DNA from: Owenia fusiformis
Taxonomy: Eukaryota
Reading direction: 5' to 3'
Assembly (NCBI GenBank): GCA_903813345.2
Contig: CAIIXF020000001.1
Span: 16,802,001-16,866,000, forward strand
Length of the DNA stretch: 64,000 nucleotides
Part shown: positions 28,001-40,100 of the stretch, piece by piece
How positions within the stretch are numbered: position 1 is the stretch's first letter
How the letters are laid out: every line of letters starts with the position of its first letter
The notes under the pieces: generated by a model
Told to the model about the DNA's origin: nothing
Database searches by the model: none
Seen by the model: only the letters and a program-made list of their open reading frames with translations
Position numbers and translations under genes: made by a program

Positions 28001-31000
28001 TTTATGTGGTTGTTCAAGAATTACTACATGAAAAATCATACATTTATGTGGTTGTTCAAGAATTACTACGTGAAAAATCAGACATTTATGCGGTTGTTCA
28101 AGAATTACTACATGAAAAATCATACATTTATGTGGTTGTTCAAGAATTACTACATGAAAAATCATACATTTTTGTAGTTGTTCAGGGGCATTCAATAAGA
28201 ATGTTGTTTTAAACTTTCATTGTCATCTTGTTATTTTGTACGAAAATGCCTTTTCATTATTTCTCTTGACTATCTTAACTTGGTTGAAATAGTTTTAAAT
28301 TGTGCCAAAAAGTAATTCATGATTCTAAAATGGTAATAAAGGACCCACGGTCCTGTGCTCACACAGTGTGGAACCTGGAACCTTCAGAGGAATGTATATC
28401 CTGACTTTCAAACAAAAATATCAATTCGGATTTGTAGTCTCAAACTTTGAGAAACTTAGATAGCACAGTTGTGTGACCTAGTTTGATGACCTTTGACCTT
28501 GAAGTTTACTTATTCAGAGTTCAGTAAGATCTTTTGTGATTAAGCTGACCAAAATACATCCAAAAATCAATTTGAAAAATCAACCTTTCGAAGGTCACTT
28601 AAGGTCAAGTAAAGGTCAAATCCTAAAAATAATGTCAGATTTGAACTCGTGGAAAACTTGTAGATGATTTTCAAAAGTTTGGTCAAATTGAAGCATAGCT
28701 TATTTTCACTGTTTATTGACATCAAATATCTCAAAAACGGTAAAAATTTGATGCTGACATATAAGTCCTACTTGTTGTCAAATGTTATAGAGTAAACACC
28801 AAAAACTGTAATTCCAAGAGCTTTGAAATCTTCAGAGGACATAAGTTGCATATACAGCAACTACTACAAGTTATTTGAAAGTTCTACTTCAACAAAGTGT
28901 CTAGTATTTACAGAAAATTTGACTTTTTGAGCAATTTCTCGGAAACCGGGCGAATTTGGGAAATGGCGATGATAGGTCAAATAGGCTATGGATATGCATA
29001 AAATGAATGTGAATATGACTCAATCCGAATTGCAGTTCTAATTTGTGCGGCCAATGTTAACGGAGGGACCAACGGACGGACGCCTGGTTGATCCCATATG
29101 CTCAATGTGTGAGCCAAAAAGCATTCTATGTTATTGGTTTAAATGCTCTTATGTCACCTTAACTCTTTTAAAATAAAGATTGAGCAACAACAGTGTAAAA
29201 CTAAATGTGACTTGGTTCAGATACATTTGGAATGATAAATATACATATACTGTCCATTAATTATTCAAAAGTTTCTCGTAATGGTAAAGAAATTAATTCA
29301 TTGAAGGAAATAATAATATAAGTTATTCATTTTCAATGTTAACACTAACTTTATCTTTTTAAAGTCGATGAGAATGTCATATACATGTGCCTTGTACATC
29401 TTAATAAATATTAATGTTGGTTGGGAGGGTGAAGTTGGTGATATCATTTGGACTTATATGGAAGCGAGTACATACACTTGTGTATTAATAAATAAATAAA
29501 TGATGTGATTCAATATTGTACATGCAAATGAGTGTATGTGGCTGGTTGTTTTACTTTCATATTGAAAATATTAATAACACTGTATGAGGTAGGGCAGTGC
29601 CAGGGCTGCTAAGTGAAGGTGCTGAAAAGCAATTCTATTTGGATTACTGGGTTACTGAAAAGCTCAAAACATTTTGACTCATTGATTTATTTAAGAATCC
29701 AGTGACTATAAACAAATCTAGCCATACACAAGGGATTTCATCGCAAACACACAAAAAACACAAATGATAATGATTAACATCCCATACATTGTACTATAAA
29801 TTACAATTATTAAGAATTGAGGGTGTTATCAATTATTTGAAAATCACATGGCACGAGGCAGTTACTCGGAGAAATGATCAAGCAAGCACTATGATTGGTT
29901 GATGTTGTTTGACAGGGGGGTATGTCTTACTGGAGACTAGAGCTTTCATTGAAGTTCGGACAGCTTCAACATCAGAATCCTCCAACCCTTGCTCCGTACC
30001 TAGACTGCCTATGCGGATTAGAGTATAGATTAGGGGATTCAATAGATTAAGAGATTATATAATACGAGGGGATTATATGTATTAACTTGATCGCATTTGT
30101 CCACTTGAGTTGCAGTGCAGCACAGCACAACTATCATATTATTTATGTACATTAGATTGAAGAAACAAAATTGTTGATGTCAGCATTCCTATCGACAGTC
30201 ACTGTTAAGCAAATTATAATATCACATTGATGTTTTATTACAAGGTTTCATTGTCTTTAAAGTCAGTGTAGGTATAGGTACAACAATCAGCAAAAAACGA
30301 AATAAACAAAATAGAAATTACAACATCACTGGTAGCTATGACAAAATATATCATGCTTAGAATTGAAACTAAACAAACCTTGGACAAGTGTACACATTTT
30401 ATAAATTACTTACTTGAGGATTTCTTGGCCGATCCAGGACCATCACCTGAACCATTTCTTCGACTTTTCTCCTTGCTTTTTCTTTCTAAATGGCGCTGAG
30501 CTTTCTGTTTGCATTCCTTCGCAGTTGACATCACCATTTTGCTAAACTGTAGAAAACAAGAAAACAAGTTTAATCAATTTTTTTAAGTAAACAAGACACA
30601 AATTGATCAATTTAACATCTTTTAATTGGAAAATTCAAAACGGCCACAGAGAATCTACCCAGCATGGCCATAATCAGATGTTGGTATTTAAGTCTGCTCT
30701 TAGATGTGTAAAAATTTCAATTGAATGGATAAGTGATGTTCCTGGAATTTTGATGACAAGATTTATATGGCACCCACACAAATGCAGACACACACCCATC
30801 AGAACAACTATAATATAGTACTTAGGAGGGCCCTATATACTTCATTTTATTAATTCAATAATTACCTCTTTATAATCTAGCTTCCCATCTCCATTCTCGT
30901 CAACTTCATCTATCATCTTCTGTACTTCGGCCCTGCTCATCTTTTCTCCTTTCTGAAACATGTAGACATGGGTGCTATACAAATGTGCTTGAAAACATGG

Positions 31001-32430
31001 GTGCTATTCACATGTGCTTGAAAACATGTGTGCTACATATGTGCTTTGCAGCATGGGTATGCTAGGTATAAAACCAGATTCTACATGCTTTGATCAAAAT
31101 ATCTCAATATTTTATTCCTTTGACAGTGTGCTAGAAGATTTTCTCTAGGGTCCAGTGACCAGTCGCTCTTATAGTAGTAATAAGATCATCATTCACTGAG
31201 ATATACATAAAGATGATATATGAACAATGATTTTACAATTTCTGGTTTCTGTTAGATTTAGATTTTCAGAGGATCTCCATAGTAACTGAATGAATGTATT
31301 CTTACCGTTGTCATGACTTTCATGAGCTCTTTGTTGGTAATATATCCATCAGAGTTCACATCTATCTTCTTGAATGCTTTCATTAAGTCATCTTCACTTG
31401 TTGGAGGTTCATTCTTGCATATATCACAGAAGTCATCAAATGTTAAGCATTCTGCAAGAAATATAAATACAAACACTAGTATAGATCATGATTAAGAGCT
31501 CTACGAATTCTAGGACCTAACATATAAACCTTTCTGCAATGTTGGGAAAATTTGAGGACTTGCAAAGATCAGGCACCTATACCCCCTCCCTCTGTCATTG
31601 ATGCATCTATAAGCCTAGGGAGTTAAACCATGGGCTTTCAAGAGACTGTTGAAAGCCCATGGTTAAAGTAAAGAGTCTGTTGAAAGCCCATGGTTAAACC
31701 TACGTCAGAATACATATACTAGATACAAACATGGATAAATATAGATAAGATCTGTGCTTTTAATTGACTGACTAACTGACCTTTAATAATGTGAAGTATC
31801 AATTACCTGTGCTTTTTCTCCAATGTTTATCAAGTAGTTTCCTGGTAGGATTCCTTCCAGCTTGCTGTAAAACTGAAAGTGAATGATGAATAAATAATGC
31901 TTATTGATTCAAATGTCATAATTATACTTCAAACAAAAATTCAAAACTTTAAAAGTTCCTTTAAAATTAACGTTAGCTTCAAAATTTATTTGAACAACTC
32001 CTGTATTACCACTTTAAAATCCATATCATCATAACTTAGTTGAGCAATTCTTGTACTACCACTTTAAATTCAAAAGCATCATAAATTAGTTGAACAATAT
32101 TTGTATTACCACTTTAAATTTGATATCATCAAAATTGTGATGAAACATTCTTGTATTACCACTTAAAATTCAATATCATAATTGCAGTTTTTGGAAAAAA
32201 GACACTGGCCCTTTAAGGAAAAATACCATAAGATACCAAGGAATAGCATATGATAGTCTACCTTGATTTAATTTCTCCTTAGAAGTTATTTCATCCTTAA
32301 TATCATCAAATACCATAAGATAGTATGCCTTCAAGTCACTAAATGTTTCTTCATCATTTTTTCGACTTCTAGCGCTGTCAATTCTTCGCCCTGAACTTGG
32401 TCTTGAGCTGCTTGGACGATGACTTGTCAT
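16021..32430 (-). CDS. EFCAB7: EF-hand calcium-binding domain-containing protein 7, ~646 aa, 17 coding exons
   Basis: Exons 32430-32262, 31872-31807, 31451-31306, 30952-30866, 30546-30414, 30008-29931 (tentative), 25301-25227 (tentative), 22360-22266, 21140-21002, 20680-20565, 20157-20000, 19556-19423, 19003-18855, 18477-18355, 17998-17909, 17072-16965 and 16095-16021 form a continuous frame. EF-hands: DVNSDGYITNKE, DENGDGKLDYKE, DLDANGLLSRDE. Motifs matching EFCAB7 as I remember it: VLQQAGRNPT, GSFFFDDDSNIVSQQF, PFTTGCRL, GFIDLNQMEADDNEGDTEDLWVTLSSMGYNK, ACPF, QEWHF. Confidence 0.93.
16994..17772. repeat. Tandem array of 5 x 156 bp, each unit containing the acceptor and first ~79 nt of EFCAB7 exon 16
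   Basis: Units start at 16994, 17150, 17306, 17462 and 17618 and are near-identical. Confidence 0.95.
21363..21637. repeat. Tandem repeat, 3 x ~91 bp
   Basis: GGGCTAAAATTTC recurs at 21380, 21471 and 21562. Confidence 0.85.
25803..25964. mobile_element. piggyBac-like MITE
   Basis: TTAA|CCCTTACCA...TTGGAAAGGG|TTAA. Confidence 0.5.
26855..27225. repeat. Minisatellite with a ~20-bp unit (AACACATGAATTTAGAYGT)
   Basis: Tandem units are directly visible and degenerate towards the right. Confidence 0.85.
27848..28184. repeat. Minisatellite, ~8 x 42 bp
   Basis: Unit AAGAATTACTACATGAAAAATCATACATTTATGTGGTTGTTC; it generates the spurious 14-aa-repeat ORFs in the track. Confidence 0.9.
28335..29122 (-). 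mobile_element. Helentron-associated (HINE-like) element, second family
   Basis: Terminal hairpin AGGACCCACGGTCCT, subterminal inverted repeats GCTCACACA / TGTGTGAGC, a GGAC microsatellite remnant and TGACCTTTGACCTT motifs. Confidence 0.55.
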
Positions 32431-32661
32431 TTTTGTTGATTAGTATCGACTTGTCTCATACTAAAAACAAATAGTTATTTGTTTAGAAATACCCTATGGT
32501 CTAAACTAAGGATCAAGAGGTCATGAAAGTGATTTCAGAAAAAGTAGTGATATTTTCAAAAAATAATATGCAAGCCATCTTAATCACAGGCTAAGGGCGA
32601 TAGAATAATTTTTAAATAAAAATGGCATGATAATCGATCTATGTTTATTTATAATTCTGGA

Positions 32662-32663
<2 letters not shown>

Positions 32664-32694
<31 letters not shown>
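32664..32694. repeat. (CTG)n microsatellite in the EFCAB7 5' intron
   Basis: About 10 CTG units. Confidence 0.9.
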
Positions 32695-32696
<2 letters not shown>

Positions 32697-32900
32697 TCTT
32701 TATATCGGCCCAAAACCTATGATCTTTATCATGATTATCCAGTTTTGGCAGTCACATAAGAGGAGATAACACCCTAAATTATAGAGGAAAAAATAATCCA
32801 TATCTCAATCTAGCTATTCAGGCCAGATAAAACTGCAAATGTAAGACCAATGTAAAATTTGTAAAATAGAACTTCGTCATATTCGCAGATGGACCAATCC

Positions 32901-33081
32901 CAGGCCCATAGCTAGGGGACGTTCGATGGGTTCGAGCGTACCCCCCCCCCTCTGGCCAAAAATTCTTACAAAATTATGCAGTTTTAACCATTCTGAGCAC
33001 TTTTTAAGTGATTTTGGCCATTTTTTGACCAAAATTGTCAAAAGTGAAACACCCCCTTGGCAAATCCTGACTACAGGCCTG
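32901..33081. mobile_element. GC-rich MITE
   Basis: Imperfect TIRs CAGGCCCATAGCTAGG...CCTGACTACAGGCCTG with poly-C runs. Confidence 0.5.
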
Positions 33082-34779
33082 AATCAGATCATGCAACGCA
33101 TTCGAGATGTATGCGCAATATAGCCATGAAGATATGGAATAGAGAATTTCACTTTCATAACCTGGTGTATATAATCAGCTTAGAGCAGAACTTCCTCCTA
33201 TTTGCGGTTGCCTTGGTATCATCAATGAATCAAAAATATCGCAAATCTAATTGTAGGGTGGCGTAATGTAACATTTTGTGTGTGGCAAGAATAAAGCCCA
33301 TGGGAGAACAAAGAGTAGTAGCTAATTCAGAGTACAGAGATACGGTGTATGTGTAGCTATACAATGATCAGAGAGGATGCTTATTCTTCAACAGACATCC
33401 AGAGGGGAGAAACACCAGGGTTCAAAGATGACATACGCTTATAATGTAAATCTGTATTGAGATGACATCGTCGCTGATTGGTCAAAAGTCGACAAACAAA
33501 TGATTTCATCAATGGCGATCATCAAAATTTTTGAAACACGCTCCGAATAATATTATGTTCATTTCTGGTGTGTTAACCAATATCATACATGTAGCTTCTC
33601 ATTTCACATCAAGATAAAGAAAGGTGTACGGTTATCGTACAGGTAAAAAACATTGTTTAACCATTCGGTATACAGTTAAGAGCATAGGATGTCGACATGG
33701 CAGTAAATATTGAAAATATTGTCCGAAATTTTCGAAATTCCCTCTTACCGGAAACAAATCCATTTTACACGGAAGTGACGTAACGAAAAACCAAGTTCGT
33801 GCTATTACGGAAGAGTTCGGGAAATTCAGTTATAACCGCCATCTTAATCGAACTTCGACCAAAAGAGCCATAAGAAACAAAAAGACCTCGTTCTGCCAAC
33901 TAACACAGACAATCGGTGGTTCCAATATATTAGAAGTAACATTTTGAGTTCTAGAATGCATTGAGGTAGGTTTCTTAAGTGGAAGGGGCGTAGATAATTC
34001 TCCCAAGTTGTAATCGTACAGGCAAATGTATGGGCTCAGTACAGGCCCATAGTCCGGGAACAGGATAAGTGTACGGAATATGCCTATATCAATTAAAACA
34101 TCTCATCGGAGTGTAGTATTTGATAACTAGCCGATGAAAATTCGAAAAAACGAAGGTGGTAAGCAAGAGACTTAATTATGTCTGTCATCTTTAAACTCTG
34201 GGGCTTTCCCTCCTCTTACAGACATCAGTCCACAGTTCAAGTTGAAGTTCACAATATTTTTTGAATCACATCACTTATGGTGTCAAAATACACAAGTTAA
34301 AATCGTTGAAAAAAAAAATCATACGATTGCGTGAAATATCAACTTGTGGTCTTATTACTAACCTCATTTTAATTACGATAAGTTAGTAGTAATAGAAGAT
34401 ATAAGACAAAACTTACCATGAATTTTGATTCAGATTTGTTTCCATATCTCTAGATGCGCAATGACCTGCGCAGTGAACGTGAATAAATTTTGAAAATTTC
34501 CGCGGAAAATATTTCAAGTAATGATTCGACTGTAACATCTTAAATATCATATATAACTCTAATGCACTAATACACACAATACATAATATATTGTTCCACA
34601 TTGTCATTGCCTTGATAAATCCGCAAAATGCCTCCAACGAAACGAAAAAGTAAGTTAAATCTAATATTACTCTATTATCGCCCATGCTTTTTTCTAGTAA
34701 AAAAACTTTCTTTTACAGTGGGGATCATAAAGAATTGCAAAAGCTATGAAAATTACATGCTGTCGCACATGTAATAAAT

Positions 34780-35135
34780 TCTTACCTCAGTGTCTCTATT
34801 TTCTCCGTCTTAGTAAGTCCAAATATAGTGGAATTTATGTCCCTAATGACAAAAAGAACTTCAAAAGTTGAATTGGATATTCACATGTTATGCCGACTCT
34901 TCAAATGTTGAGGTGATTTTGTCGCCCGATTGCGCCGGAACGGAGGATTGGCCAGAATGCAACATGACACGTGCCAGCTTTCAAAATGCTGTTCCGCCAT
35001 TTTGAAACCTGTCATGAGTAAATACGGTTAACTGATGTTGCATTCTGGGAGTCAACCGTCCTTGGATTACAAACATGGCGATTCATGAAAACATTCATTC
35101 GATTTGGTAGGGATTTATCCATTATTTGCAGGTAT
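34780..35135. promoter_or_regulatory. Probable bidirectional promoter shared by EFCAB7 and the plus-strand gene
   Basis: CpG-enriched. Divergent donors: GAG|GTAAG on the minus strand at 34786 and CAG|GTATGA on the plus strand at ~35131. YY1-like CCGCCATTTT at 34994 and AACATGGCG at 35072. Inverted ZNF143-like CCAGAATGC cores at 34952 and 35040-35048. Both genes have acceptors upstream of their ATG exons (32461 and 37093). Confidence 0.55.
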
Positions 35136-35449
35136 GAAGCTTTGGATTCATTTATTGTGCTACTTTAGTGAACGGGAATTATTTTTCTACCGCTTTGGAG
35201 AGTTTGAGACACGAAACTTGGAAATAAGCTCATTGTGACAACTTGTGAACGTTGAGTTTTATTTTTGTCCCCCACTGTATAAATAGATATGAGATCTAGA
35301 TCATATATTTCTTACCTCAGTAGATTGTAAATCTAGGCATTCATATGTCATTCAATGTTTTAGTCCTTTCAACAAATCTTTCTTTGGGCTGGGGCTCAGA
35401 TAGAAAGTCTAAGGAACTTCAGCAAGTATTTCAACAAAATCATCAGGCA

Positions 35450-35991
35450 TTATCCCGTGCCAGGACTATAGTCCTGCATTGAGAGCATTCTTTTGCCTGT
35501 ACGATTACAACATGGGAGAATTTTCTACGCTTCTTACACTTAAAGATACCTATTTCAATAGATTCCTTGTTTAGCATTCTTTTCTTGTAGTTGAATCCAC
35601 AATTGTCTGGGTTTATCGGCAGAACAAAGAAATTTTCGTTTTTAATCACAATATTTGCGTGTAATATTTAACTTATTTCAACCGTCAAATTCCTCCATTT
35701 TTGGTGCTTCCGGGCCACTTCCGGGTCAGTCAAACGGGGAATCCCCTTTTGAATCCAACCGCCATCTTGGAAAGTGATGGAATATCTCTCGATGAAAAAT
35801 AAAAATGTTCCCGTTCTGCCAATATACCCAGACAATTGTGGATTCAACTACAAGAAAAGAATGCTAAAATACCCAGGAATCAATTGAAGTAGGTATCTTA
35901 AGTGTAAAGGGCGTAGATAATTCTCCCAAGTTGTAATCGTTCAGGCAAAAGAATGCTCTCAATGCAGGACTATAGTCCTGGTACAGGATAA
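35450..35991. repeat. Inverted repeat (MITE-like) with ~180-bp arms; a third, diverged direct copy lies at ~33834-34067
   Basis: Arms 35450-35627 and 35812-35991 share CAGGACTATAGTCCTG, TTCTCCCAAGTTGTAATCGT and GTTCTGCC..CCAGACAATTGTGG. Confidence 0.75.
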
Positions 35992-35993
35992 AT

Positions 35994-36504
35994 CAGGCCT
36001 GTCAACTTGGGAGCACTAAAATGAGTGACTTACAAATGTTGAACACCTTGGTTCAAATTTTTAAGGCATGAAAAATGTAAAGCAAACAGTTTGGAACATA
36101 AATAAATGACAGGTGTGAGGATTTCCAATGTTAAAAATAAGAGAATTTTCAAGAAGCCATACATCAGTGGATGGGATTATACAAAATGTAAAATATACAA
36201 ATTTTAAGGGATATTTATCTAGACAATATTGGAAATTATGTGCATTCAGATGACCATGGTTAGGAAATGGTGATAGAAAATCCATGTGTCATTTATTTTT
36301 GCGAAAAAAATTTCGGCATTCGTTTTTTGACGTATCGGTGTTCGTTTTTTTATGTTCTTCTCCGGAAATATTTTTGCTTGACAATAATCAGACAAAATGC
36401 TTATTTTCGTGACCTATTCTGTAACGCAAAAAAACTGGCGTGACTTCAATTTCTTCAGCAAATGCGTGACAAATACAATAATTGCGGGACAGTTGACAGG
36501 CCTG
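35994..36504. mobile_element. hAT-like MITE
   Basis: Perfect 14-bp TIR CAGGCCTGTCAACT / AGTTGACAGGCCTG; no TSD evident. Confidence 0.55.
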
Positions 36505-37104
36505 TCACCATCAACTGAGTCTAAGTCACTAATTTTATGTTAGCCTCAGCCATTAACTTCTGGTTGTATTTTCAGATGAAGTTCTAATTTGAAAATGAGT
36601 AAATGTCGTATGGTTAGGGATTTAGCCCTGGACTCAGTGCAAAGTAGACTGAATCATTCCTCAAAAAGGTGTTCTTTCAACCTTTTCACGAGATGCGCTG
36701 CATCGAGTGTGAAGTTTAGGAAATAACGACTGAGTGGTGTGAATCAGCCGTAATCAACTGGGCTTAAATATTTTTGACACATTGCAAAATATTTTCTATG
36801 AAATCACCTAAAAGATACAAAATCACCAAAAGAACATATTTTCAAAGAAACTTTTTGTCAATATGGCAAATATCAATTTCAATATGTATAGTCAAGTTGT
36901 CACATTGACAACCAATCAATGAATGACCTTTGATAGAGTTGTTAGTTATATAATATAGAGCATAAATATGAAATACTGTGCTCCAATTTGCTGGAATCGA
37001 ATACACCTTGCCTAGCTATGTGTGAATCTCAATTAATGCATTATATCGATCTCTGAAAAATACATGTCAGTGCATATTGTGATGATGTTTCAGGTAACGT
37101 TGCC

Positions 37105-40100
37105 ATGGAGAACACAAGTAAAAGGCTGCGGTCACTAAGAGACACACTGAACACTGATGACAACGGAAGTCCTTTAACACCTAAGATTGGGTTGTCGTTG
37201 CTTCAGAGAATGGCCAATAAAATGAATAACACCACTCTGACAACATCACATGTAAGTTTCAATTTTAGAAAAATGTATTCAATTGTGTTTGTGATTATTA
37301 TCATACCTACAAAAAGGAAGAAAGGAATGATGTTGCCAGCCTCGTGGGCAGGCATTATATCTCAGTTGCCTTATCTGATCAGTTCCTTAAAAATTGGAAT
37401 AACTGGACACTGTACCCTATTGAAAAATAAACAATTACATTGCACCCTTTTGAAAATCTGTCTGCACCCTGTTGGAAGGATGAAACATTGACATATTTTG
37501 AGCTTTTAAGTTGCATGATAATTTCCAATTGAAATAGACACTCTCCTCTTTTTCAATATTTTTTAATTGACTAATTTATTGGTTATTTAATTTTGAGGTT
37601 TGATATTTACAGAAAGAAGAATTGAATTGGTGGTGCAAGCTACATATGATTATGAATTAAAAGCTAAGGGTAACTTAGGACCAGACTAACAGATTAGAGA
37701 TTATGACCTTTTAAATAATATAATATAGCCTTTGTACTAGTGGTGCTTGAATGTCAGTGCTCACCACTCACTCATTGAACCTGTCCAAGATATTTGCTTG
37801 AGTACATTTTTTAAACTTGAGTAGGCATGTTTTATTAATACCCCGAAATGATCATTTTTGTTATCACTGAATGGAATAAAGTCTCGATTCAGGAAACAAA
37901 CTGAACATTTTTTAAAAATCAACAAACACCAATATGGCATAAATAATTATATGTCTGGTCATTTAATTGATACAAATTATTAGAACATCGATAGTAGTTA
38001 GGAGAGTGGCTAAAATACTATTTATTTGGTCTTCGAACAGTCTTCTGGGTGAATTTTTAATTTTATCAATTTTCCCTCATTTTTGCGAGTGTCCCTTGAT
38101 CACAGTGAGATTTTTACACTTTCTACTTGAGTGGCATTTTTCATGGGAGTTGCAGTACTAATATGTACATGCTTTTAGTTTGACTAATCAGATGATCATT
38201 TTGATGTTTTCAGAACATAACTGACATCTCTCAGTTGGTTCCTACTGGTGAAAGTACAAGACTGTCATTTGCTCAAGGCCCAGCTTCCCAGTCACAACAC
38301 AGTCAGGATCATACGAAACATAAGGATCTAGAAAATCAAGAAACTGGGGAAGAGTCATTCAGTAAGCCAGGTATTAATTATGATTTTAAGTGGCAATATA
38401 TGGTGAAAGGTATTAAATTGTTGTTGTAATTTCAAAATATATGTAAATTATTGAACACATAATTCTGAAGCAAACTACACAGGGGGAATGTGTGAAAACT
38501 TCTATTTTACATGTAGAATTGAGCATTATGTGCTAAGTCTGCTAAGTTTGCTAAGTATGTTGCTTTTTGGAGAAATTGAAATATTAAGAATTCATACTCT
38601 TTATCCACGGTTGTTAGAACATGTGTCTAGAATCAAGATTCTCTTTAACATTCTTATTTTATGTTTGCAGGACCAAAGTCAAAAACGAGAAGAAAGCCAA
38701 AACAGAGCCACAGAGTCCTTAGAGTGAGAAATTCATCTTTAAATTACCAGGAAAATCAGGCCATAGATATGTCACCAAATGATCAAAATGATAAAACAGA
38801 AAGAGAACCTGCCTGGAAAGAAGTGAGTAAAACATTTGAAGAACAAAGAAAGAGACGATTAAGCTCAAAATCTAGAAAATCTACAATAATACAATCTGTT
38901 ATTGAGGAAGTCTCTGCCGAAGCCATAGAAGTAGATCCACATGATAGACACACTGAGAAAAATCATTCAAAGTCAGATAGATCTAACAATGAAGACGATG
39001 CACTACAACAGAATGTTGATGATAACGAGCAAGATAAACTTAATGAAGAGGAAGCTGTACCAAGTGTTAACAATGAAAAGACCATTGAATCTGATGCTGC
39101 TGAAATGGGTTCTACAGGTGGAGATATAAGCGGAGAAGTGTCTAATGATAATCAGGAGACTAAGAAGGGCAATGGTAGCGATGAGAATGAAAGATCTGAA
39201 GATGCTTCACAGAAAGACAACATGCTTTCCTTAGATACAAGCAGACAAGTGCAACATAATACAAACAATTATGGAAATGATGGTAATGATGACAGTGACA
39301 ACAATGATGAGCAAGATGACATTATACAAAGAGGACAACAAAGGAGTACAAACAATCAAACAAAAACATCTAAAAGGATGGATTATTACAAATCAATGAT
39401 AAGCCAGCTCAGTTCACCAAAAGTACAAAAGGGACCAACACAAGGAGGTGTTGGTAAGAGAACAGATTCTGAGGGCCCTGAGAGCCAGGATATCGAGGCT
39501 CCTCAGACCTATGACACACCAGAGAACAAACATACTGATGAAGAGATGAATAACAAAGGTGATGAAGCTGAAATGAATCATGAAGTTGATAACAATGAGA
39601 TGAATGATATAAATGATGAGGTTAATAATGATGAGATAAGTGACAGTGAACACAGTGATGTGGAACAAAAAGAAAATGAAAAAGATGAACATGAAAATGA
39701 TGATGATGTTCAGATGTTGAATAAACAAAATGAAAATGATGATGACATGAATAAGGATGATGTGGATCAAATTCCAACAGTGAAAGCATCAAAAATTGCC
39801 AATCAGAGAGATGTAGAATCACATAATGAAGAAAGTGTAAACCATGTGAAAAAACAAAGGAAAACTAAATCGAGACAAAAATCAGGAAAATCAAAAAGTA
39901 ACACAAAGGATGTTAACCTAAGTTCAAATAATCAAACTCCCGCAAAAAATGCAATTGATGAAGTGTTAACAGAGGAGTCTAAAACACAAAATATGGATGA
40001 ACAACAGTTTCAAATGTCAAATAAAGACTTTACCTCACACACAAAGGGACAAAAAGCTCAAGCTAAGAAAAAAGCAAAGCACTCAAGAAGAGAGGACATT

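Noticed and set aside
27788-28212. ORFs of 99-135 aa with 14-aa repeats on both strands
   Set aside because: Artefacts of a stop-poor 42-bp minisatellite inside an EFCAB7 intron.
39414-39822. Hydrophobic Ile/His-rich minus-strand ORFs
   Set aside because: Antisense shadows of the GAT/AAT-rich acidic exon.
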